A DNA stretch of 64,000 nucleotides from an uncultured Bacilli bacterium (lineage in GTDB: Bacteria > Bacillota_I > Bacilli_A > RF39 > UBA660): NCBI GenBank assembly GCA_944371905.1, contig CALVYA010000002.1, positions 17,303-81,302 on the forward strand, read 5' to 3'. The position numbers and the translations under genes were made by a program. The notes under the pieces are model-generated. The model did not search any database, was not told the DNA's origin, and saw nothing but the letters and a program-made list of their open reading frames with translations. Of the stretch, positions 58,596 through 64,000 are shown one piece after another (position 1 is the first letter of the stretch; each line of letters begins with the position of its first letter).

Positions 58596-60185
58596 TTAGC
58601 TATAAAAATAATACTTAACAGAAAAATGAACATTACCATTTCTTTGATTAAAGAGATAATTCTTTTGTAAAAATAATGTTAACTGATTTCTGGAAGAATT
58701 TTTTGAGAATGATAAATAAATCGTTAACTGAATATTTTTTTTATCATGATTTTGCTTGGCAACTACAATTTTTTCTAATAAGTTTTGAATAATGTAATCT
58801 CTTACTTTTTCTTGATTTAATTTAGTAAAGATGATGTCTTTTAAATTACTTTCTATTTCATATTTATTAGAATAACTCAAAGAAGTTTGTGTTTGACTTA
58901 TCTTAGGATGATATTCTACATCTTTCTTTAATAACAACTTCCTTTTTTGGTCTTTCAAACTTTTCACTTTACATAGTGATTTTTTAAATTTATTATAATT
59001 AGCAAATAAGATATCAAATACTTCTTTAGTATTTATATGCATTTGTAATAGTAAATCATTAAAAATAAAATTTAAATTTTTTTCTTTAATTATAGGAGAA
59101 TCACAACTTTTTTTACCATTTTTCAAATATTCAGAACAAATCCATACAACTTCATTATGATTTAACTTTCTTCTATGAAAAACACAATTATGATAACAGC
59201 AATATATCTTAGCACTATAATTGTATCTTAAATGATATATTGTTTTTTCACTTTTTCTTTTTCTAAAAGCCTGCTTTCTAATTAGTAGTCTTTGATTAGC
59301 GAGTTCCCATATTTTTTCACTAATAATTGGTGGAATTTTTTTGGTATCTTTATAAATAATCCACTTATCTTTTTCAATATTCTTTACTTTTTTAGTCATA
59401 TAATCTACTATTTCTGTTCTATTAGCACAATAGTAACCTTTATACTTTGGATTAGAAATCATTCTAGATAAAGTAGTAACACTCCAATTATTTTGAGTAG
59501 AAGTCCTAATATTTTGATTATTTAAAATCTTAACAATCTGTGATAAGGATCTTTTGTCAACTATATACATTCGATAGATTTCTCTTATGATTTTAGCCTG
59601 TCTTTCTATGATTTTTAAATTACCGGTATCTTTATCTTTTTTATATCCATATAAAAGGTCATTACCTAAAATTTCTCCTCTTCTAATAGCTCTTTTCATT
59701 CCAAATTTCACTCTTTCCGATAAACGTCTTATCTCATCTTGCGCCATAGAAGCCATAATAGTTAATCGTAATTCAGAATCCGGCAATGCTGTATTAATAT
59801 TATCATTAACAAATAGAACTGCTACTCCATCGTTCAAAAGTTCTCTTGTGTATTTGATGCTATCTAAAGTATTTCTTGAAAATCTGGAAATCTCCTTAGT
59901 AACAATTAGATCGAATTTATGACGTTTAGCATCCTCGATCATTTGCATAAAGTTTTCTCTTTTTATATCACTTGTACCACTAATACCATCATCTATATAT
60001 CCATCAATATACGTCCAATTACTATTTTGTTTTATAAATTGCTCAAAATATTCCTGTTGATTTTTTAAAGATTTTTGTTGTTCTAAATGATCAGTAGAAA
60101 CTCTCGAGTAGTAAGTAACTCGCAAATTAATGTTAGTAATAGGAATTCCCATATTTAATTGATTCCTAACATAATATAAGTCCAA
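58596..60185 (-). CDS. large serine recombinase 3 (a different subfamily from 1 and 2)
   Basis: VTYYSRVSTD...DDGISGTS..R..F..M....KFDLIVTKEISRFSRNT, plus a recombinase domain and a Cys-rich region. The start is ambiguous (TTG at 60185 or ATG at 60152). Confidence 0.88.
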   Translation of the reverse strand: MDLYYVRNQLNMGIPITNINLRVTYYSRVSTDHLEQQKSLKNQQEYFEQFIKQNSNWTYIDGYIDDGISGTSDIKRENFMQMIEDAKRHKFDLIVTKEISRFSRNTLDSIKYTRELLNDGVAVLFVNDNINTALPDSELRLTIMASMAQDEIRRLSERVKFGMKRAIRRGEILGNDLLYGYKKDKDTGNLKIIERQAKIIREIYRMYIVDKRSLSQIVKILNNQNIRTSTQNNWSVTTLSRMISNPKYKGYYCANRTEIVDYMTKKVKNIEKDKWIIYKDTKKIPPIISEKIWELANQRLLIRKQAFRKRKSEKTIYHLRYNYSAKIYCCYHNCVFHRRKLNHNEVVWICSEYLKNGKKSCDSPIIKEKNLNFIFNDLLLQMHINTKEVFDILFANYNKFKKSLCKVKSLKDQKRKLLLKKDVEYHPKISQTQTSLSYSNKYEIESNLKDIIFTKLNQEKVRDYIIQNLLEKIVVAKQNHDKKNIQLTIYLSFSKNSSRNQLTLFLQKNYLFNQRNGNVHFSVKYYFYS

Positions 60186-60186
60186 A

Positions 60187-60339
60187 TTAATTACCTTCTT
60201 TGCTATATGTTAATTTATATAATTGTTTTAAAATATTTTCCTCTGTGCTTCTAAATATTTTATATGTAATTAAATCATCATCAAATAATTCTTTATTAAT
60301 AGAAAGAGCTAATTCCAAAATTAATTTATTATAATTCAT
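60187..60339 (-). CDS. 50-aa mini-ORF upstream of recombinase 3
   Basis: Hand translation: MNYNKLILELALSINKELFDDDLITYKIFRSTEENILKQLYKLTYSKEGN*. Its stop abuts the recombinase start. Confidence 0.4.
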   Translation of the reverse strand: MNYNKLILELALSINKELFDDDLITYKIFRSTEENILKQLYKLTYSKEGN

Positions 60340-60403
60340 GTATATCCCTCATTTAAATCTATGATTTAACATACTTTTTATTTCCTATTGTTACATTAAG
60401 TGA

Positions 60404-60806
60404 ACCTACTGCATTAGAAATGGAACAACAAGGATATGGGTATGTTGTGGCATCTATTGGAGAGTTAGGAGGAATTGTGCCTTATACTTCTTACAGTGCT
60501 AGAATTAGTTATATCGAAAATAATAAAGAAGTAATTGATAATTTCACTAAAGCCATTCAAAAAGGTTTAGATTTTGTTCACAAAAATGACAGTGAAACAA
60601 TAGCAGAAACTATTTTGAGTTTTTTCCCTGATACTTCGTTAAATGATATAACTAATGTAGTAGAACGATACAAAGCACAAGATACCTGGCCTAAAACTAC
60701 TAATTTTACTAAAGAATCATTTGATCACTTACAAACTATTATGATAGCTAATGGTGCTATTGAAGAACCGGTTGATTATAATTCATTAATTTATACAAAG
60801 GATTAA
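60404..60806 (+). pseudogene. ABC substrate-binding protein gene, segment D (133 codons plus stop)
   Basis: PTALEMEQQGYGYVVASIGELGGIVPYTSYSARISYIENNKEV... The four segments total 993 nt (330 aa), a normal size for this family. Confidence 0.85.
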
Positions 60807-60807
60807 A

Positions 60808-61563
60808 ATGGAAAAATCCATTTTAAAAATTGAACATCTAAAAAAATTCTATCATGATAAAAACGGAGAAATTGAAGCAATAAAAGATATTGATTTAGAT
60901 ATCTATGATAAAGAATTCCTATCGATTGTAGGTCCTAGTGGATGCGGTAAATCTTCGTTATTATCTATTCTATCAAGTTTAGAAAAAGCTACTAGTGGTA
61001 ATATCAAATTTAAACATAATAATATAAGAATAGGATACATGCTACAAAATGATTCTCTATTTCCTTGGAGGACAATATTAGATAACTGCCTTATTGGATT
61101 AGAAATCACTCATGAATTAAATGATGATAATAAAAACAAGGTCATTCAGTTATTAAATACTTATGGACTAGGAGACTTTATATATAAGTATCCTAATTCA
61201 CTATCCGGTGGAATGAGGCAAAGAGTTGCATTAATTAGAACATTAGCAACTGATCCTGATATTCTCTTATTAGATGAACCATTCTCAGCTTTAGATTACC
61301 AAACTAGATTAGCCTTGTCTGATGATGTATACCAAATAATAAAAAACGAAGGTAAAACCGTTATTATGGTTACTCACGACTTGGCGGAAGCAATAAGTCT
61401 ATCAGATCGAATCGTTGTGTTAACTAAAAGACCTGCTGAAATAAAAAATATCTATACTATTCATTTATCTAACAAATCTACTCCTATTAATAATCGAAAA
61501 GCAAAAGAGTTTAGCACATACTATGATATGATTTGGAGGGATTTAGATGTCCACATTCAGTGA
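60808..61563 (+). CDS. ABC transporter ATP-binding protein (NitT/TauT-type)
   Basis: Walker A GPSGCGKSS, signature LSGGMRQR, Walker B LLLDEPFSALD. It starts 1 nt after the segment D stop. Confidence 0.92.
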   Translation: MEKSILKIEHLKKFYHDKNGEIEAIKDIDLDIYDKEFLSIVGPSGCGKSSLLSILSSLEKATSGNIKFKHNNIRIGYMLQNDSLFPWRTILDNCLIGLEITHELNDDNKNKVIQLLNTYGLGDFIYKYPNSLSGGMRQRVALIRTLATDPDILLLDEPFSALDYQTRLALSDDVYQIIKNEGKTVIMVTHDLAEAISLSDRIVVLTKRPAEIKNIYTIHLSNKSTPINNRKAKEFSTYYDMIWRDLDVHIQ

Positions 61564-62338
61564 TGATCATAAGTTTTTTTTAAAGAAAAAAAGAAAAGAA
61601 AAAGTCTTAATCAAATTAACACAAATAAGTATTATTATAATATTTTTGCTTATTTGGGAATTATTAGCCAACTACGAAATAATTAATACTTTTCTGTATT
61701 CCTCACCTTCTAGAGTATTAGATACTTTAATTAATTTATATAATGATAATAATTTATTAGGTCATATCTGGATTACTATTTATGAGACTATTCTAAGTTT
61801 TTCTATAGCATCTATTTTAGGAATCATAATAGCAAGCTTATTGTGGTGGAATCCGTTTATATCTAAAGTTATGGATCCCTATCTAACCGTGATTAATTCT
61901 CTACCTAAAGTGGCCTTAGGTCCATTAATTATTATTTGGGTAGGAGCTAGTACTAATTCCATTATTGTCATGGCTTTAATGATCTCTTTAATCATTAGTA
62001 TTATTAATATATATAATGGATTTACTACTACTAACGAAAGTTTCATTAAATTATTAAAAACATTTAAAGCTAATAAATCTCAAATTTTTATGAAAGTTAT
62101 TTTACCTAGTAACAAACTAACTATTATTAATGCTTTAAAAATAAATATTAGTATGTCTTTGATTGGAGTTATTATGGGGGAACTATTAGTCTCTAAAATG
62201 GGATTAGGATATTTGATTATGTATGGATCACAAGTATTTAATATCAATTTAGTTATTACATCTGTTGTTATTTTAGGAGTAGTTTCATATTTGATGTATT
62301 ATATCATATCTATTATTGAAAAAAAATTAATAAAGTAA
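61547..62338 (+). CDS. ABC transporter permease (NitT/TauT-type)
   Basis: A 6-TM binding-protein-dependent permease pattern. It overlaps the ATPase gene by 17 nt. Confidence 0.88.
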   Translation: MSTFSDDHKFFLKKKRKEKVLIKLTQISIIIIFLLIWELLANYEIINTFLYSSPSRVLDTLINLYNDNNLLGHIWITIYETILSFSIASILGIIIASLLWWNPFISKVMDPYLTVINSLPKVALGPLIIIWVGASTNSIIVMALMISLIISIINIYNGFTTTNESFIKLLKTFKANKSQIFMKVILPSNKLTIINALKINISMSLIGVIMGELLVSKMGLGYLIMYGSQVFNINLVITSVVILGVVSYLMYYIISIIEKKLIK

Positions 62339-62340
62339 AT

Positions 62341-62366
62341 AAAAGTAGAACTTCAATTCTACTTTT
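62341..62366. terminator. bidirectional terminator
   Basis: aaaagtagaa/ttctactttt 10-bp stem between convergent genes. Confidence 0.65.
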
Positions 62367-62375
62367 ATTATATAT

Positions 62376-62882
62376 TCAATTCAAAAATTTTACTGTACCA
62401 TTTACTGTTATTTTTCCACCAAGAAGAGAATAATTCTTTAATCTAATTTTCATTCCCATACCTTGTAATAGACAATAATCTCCCGAACTGGTTGCTTTCG
62501 TCGAATCGCAATCAACAGTATAATCAGCATCCGGTCTACACACTTTAATATTTTTGGGTTTAAAGTCAATTACATATTTTCTACCTTTGGATAATCCGGA
62601 TTTTTGCACAACTAATTCTTCTATAGCAGTAGTCATCCCTATATCATAATTATCTCCACCAGAAGTACTATTAATGATAACTCTAACAGTTTCATAATTT
62701 CTACTTCCTGTATAAGCTTTAGTCAATGACATTGTAAGTGGATTAGCGCTTAAACTGAAATTAAAGTTAGTAACTATTTCATAATCTGAAGCAGCATAAC
62801 TAGTAGGGATAATAAATATTATTACAAGTATAGTAAATATTATCCTACTAAAAATTTTTTTATTCATCATTTCTCCTTTCAT
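62376..62882 (-). CDS. secreted hypothetical protein (168 aa)
   Basis: Signal peptide ending ..PTSYA/AS. No motif recognised. Confidence 0.55.
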   Translation of the reverse strand: MKGEMMNKKIFSRIIFTILVIIFIIPTSYAASDYEIVTNFNFSLSANPLTMSLTKAYTGSRNYETVRVIINSTSGGDNYDIGMTTAIEELVVQKSGLSKGRKYVIDFKPKNIKVCRPDADYTVDCDSTKATSSGDYCLLQGMGMKIRLKNYSLLGGKITVNGTVKFLN

Positions 62883-62949
62883 AAATTAAAATATTAATTT
62901 ACTGCTATATAATAAAATTTCTCAACTGGCCAGTATTAAAATATTATTA

Positions 62950-64000
62950 TTAATTTTTTATATCTTTTTTTATATATATTATATTTGTTAAAAAATAAGA
63001 AACAATGATAAATATAAGGGAAATTATTACTCCAAATTCTATAGTAACAATATTTGTTAAATTACTATTTAAATAATACTCCGTTTTATTTAATATATCT
63101 CCATAACTTAAGTATGGAATAGGAGTATAAATCAAAAACGATAATTTATATATAGAAATTAAATACCATGCGACAAATGACACTAAGGATAACACAACGG
63201 TAATACCAGACGTTAAAGCTATATTTAAAGTAATTGCCGATAAAAAGAACATAATTGATAAGATAGCTACCATCGGTATAATATGAACACATATGTTCAT
63301 TAATAACCATATAATATAATTTACTTCAATTACTTGACGACCATTATATATTAATTTAGGAATAAGAATATCATTAATACCAAATTCCATAATGGAAATA
63401 ATTGTAAGAATCAAATATCCTATCAAATACCAAATTATTGTATAGATAATTAAATATAAAAATTTACTTAATAATATTTTCCATCTTTTATTAGGAGTAG
63501 TTAATAACAAATTTATTGTCCCTTGATTGTGTTCGCTTGCTACTATACCACTATGCATAATCGCTACCATTACAATTACAATAATTCCTAAGTAAAATCC
63601 GTTATTTAATATTGTTTTTCCGGATATAACAGCTTCTTCATTACCAACAGATGTAATTCCACTTAAATCTGGTTTTATATTATTTTCAAGAGCATAGATG
63701 AGTATTTTTACTTCTTCTTCTGCCAGTTCTTTCTCTTTATTAAAAATTTTTAAATACTCTTCGTAATTTTTAGTTGGGACATTAAAATAAGAAATGAAAG
63801 GATTGAACGACTCTTTATCTACTGCTTCTTTCTTATAATTTGAATACGCCGTTCTTAACCTTTTTATAGCTATTACTCTCCAATCATTTTCATCTTTTAT
63901 TTTATTGTTAATAATATATTGATTAATTTTTTGTTCATCCTCTTGATATTCATCATTAATATATTCCATATATCGATAATATTCATTACTTTCATATACA
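62950..64000 (-). CDS. ABC-2-type transporter permease-like membrane protein (start uncertain)
   Basis: A soluble N-terminal region followed by about 6 TM helices with an ..LLTTPNKRWKILLSKFLY.. pattern. The tracked start is at 63969, but the frame stays open to the window edge. Confidence 0.55.
   Translation of the reverse strand, partial: VYESNEYYRYMEYINDEYQEDEQKINQYIINNKIKDENDWRVIAIKRLRTAYSNYKKEAVDKESFNPFISYFNVPTKNYEEYLKIFNKEKELAEEEVKILIYALENNIKPDLSGITSVGNEEAVISGKTILNNGFYLGIIVIVMVAIMHSGIVASEHNQGTINLLLTTPNKRWKILLSKFLYLIIYTIIWYLIGYLILTIISIMEFGINDILIPKLIYNGRQVIEVNYIIWLLMNICVHIIPMVAILSIMFFLSAITLNIALTSGITVVLSLVSFVAWYLISIYKLSFLIYTPIPYLSYGDILNKTEYYLNSNLTNIVTIEFGVIISLIFIIVSYFLTNIIYIKKDIKN

Larger units (their letters stand above)
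57559..60403. mobile_element. intervening element 3 (2845 bp): SDR gene, serine recombinase and mini-ORF
   Basis: Bounded by the direct core tgaac (57556-60 and 60401-05). Removing it joins ..TLFE to PTALEMEQQGYGYV.. in frame. Confidence 0.85.

Noticed and set aside
44285-60403. The possibility that the three recombinases form an invertible-segment (shufflon or phase-variation) system.
   Set aside because: All four gene segments are in the same orientation and correct order. Each block is flanked by direct (not inverted) cores, which means insertion and excision rather than inversion.
44064-60806. The possibility that the four SBP pieces reflect misassembly, or are independent paralogous pseudogenes.
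   Set aside because: The pieces are consecutive and non-overlapping, keep one frame, sum to a normal 330 codons and are separated by blocks with recombinase genes and dyad att-like junctions. Misassembly or random decay would not produce that. Read-level confirmation is still desirable.

Overview
Low-GC (about 27-30% GC) Bacillota chromosome segment, probably from a spore-former (it carries a CotD-like coat gene). There are four blocks. (1) 1-3.9 kb: housekeeping and hypothetical genes. (2) 3.9-17.9 kb, minus strand: a complete S10-spc-alpha ribosomal supercluster, rpsJ to rplQ, including secY, adk, map, infA, rpmJ and rpoA. It has no rpmD. Its promoter and leader lie at about 17.93-18.08 kb. 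(3) 18.1-33.9 kb: a polymorphic-toxin island. It is headed by a 2041-aa RHS/YD-repeat protein with lectin-like inserts, a Gly/Ala-rich hydrophobic linker and a GIY-YIG-like C-terminal nuclease. A phage tail-collar-like gene precedes it. A DUF4259-like immunity candidate, a decayed orphan toxin plus immunity cassette, pseudogene debris and several families of duplicated immunity-like genes follow it. (4) 34-44 kb: core genes (S41 peptidase, cotD-like, ligA, pcrA). The most unusual feature is at 44.06-60.81 kb. A single 330-codon ABC substrate-binding-protein gene is cut into four collinear, in-frame segments by three separate insertions of 3121, 9784 and 2845 bp. Each insertion carries its own large serine recombinase preceded by a tiny co-directional ORF. 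Each also has junctions that rebuild a dyad-symmetric attP-like site. The 9.8-kb element is a replicative, satellite- or IME-like island with unknown cargo genes and an Ltp-type exclusion module. The other two carry only housekeeping-like cargo. The transporter ATPase and permease genes follow intact. No rRNA, tRNA or CRISPR array was seen.
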